Shown: positions 6,652-6,769 of the stretch, piece after piece
Numbering within the stretch: position 1 is the first letter of the stretch
How the letters are laid out: each line of letters opens with the position of its first letter
Origin: a virus
Lineage: Duplodnaviria > Heunggongvirae > Uroviricota > Caudoviricetes
IMG/VR virus record: IMGVR_UViG_2617270964_000002
DNA: 6,769 nucleotides
Reading direction: 5' to 3' (one strand)
Notes under the pieces: generated by a model
Database searches by the model: none
The model's input: only the letters and a program-made list of their open reading frames with translations
What the model was told of the DNA's origin: nothing
Position numbers and translations under genes: made by a program

Positions 6652-6769
6652 TATGCTCAGGGTTGGTTGTCACATCAACCGCCTTAACTTCATTCTTATA
6701 CGCCAGCCATGCCGACAGTTTAGCTCTGTTGGTGTCGCTGATTTCATCCAGCATTAGTTCCGTTCGCCA
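6623..6769 (-). CDS. Partial CDS (C-terminal 48 aa plus stop) of a second, inverted tail fiber assembly protein (tfa'); N-terminus lies beyond the right edge
   Basis: Only one - strand frame is open across 6769..6626, stop TAG at 6625-6623. Translation ...LMLDEISDTNRAKLSAWLAYKNEVKAVDVTTNPEHINWPVPPEV* has the same Tfa C-terminal signature (DE..., L.AW..YK, VD, WP.PP) as the + strand tfa. The two genes converge and overlap by 29 bp (6623-6651). Confidence 0.6.
   Translation of the reverse strand, partial: WRTELMLDEISDTNRAKLSAWLAYKNEVKAVDVTTNPEHINWPVPPEV

Larger units (their letters stand above)
1..6769 (+). mobile_element. P2-like prophage tail/baseplate late-gene module (partial prophage; both ends run off the window)
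   Basis: Collinear gene order R-S-V-W-J-I-H-tfa matching phage P2, each product resembling its P2 counterpart in the translations; start/stop overlaps typical of phage late operons. From memory, not a search. Confidence 0.85.

Noticed and set aside
1-6769. rRNA, tRNA, CRISPR array, IS element/transposase, toxin-antitoxin or defence-system genes
   Set aside because: No stable-RNA-like structure, repeat-spacer array, terminal inverted repeats or recognisable defence-protein motifs were seen; every sizeable ORF except 1-1098 is accounted for by tail morphogenesis genes.

Overview
The window is a near-complete tail/baseplate morphogenesis module of a P2-like (Peduovirus-type) enterobacterial prophage, all on the + strand: an unassigned 365-aa ORF, then homologues of P2 R, S, V, W, J, I, H (tail fiber) and a tail fiber assembly gene (Tfa/G-like). 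The genes are tightly packed, mostly with overlapping start/stop codons. At the right edge, a convergent partial ORF on the - strand encodes the C-terminus of a second Tfa-like protein, which suggests a Mu G / P1 C / e14 P-type invertible host-range cassette extending beyond the window. Family assignments rest on my reading of the translated ORFs against remembered P2 protein sequences, not on any database search. I see no rRNA, tRNA, CRISPR array, transposase or recognisable defence system. The least explained element, and the best candidate for something undescribed, is the 365-aa ORF at 1..1098, which sits where P2 carries its distal lysis genes (lysB/lysC) and has no resemblance I can recognise.
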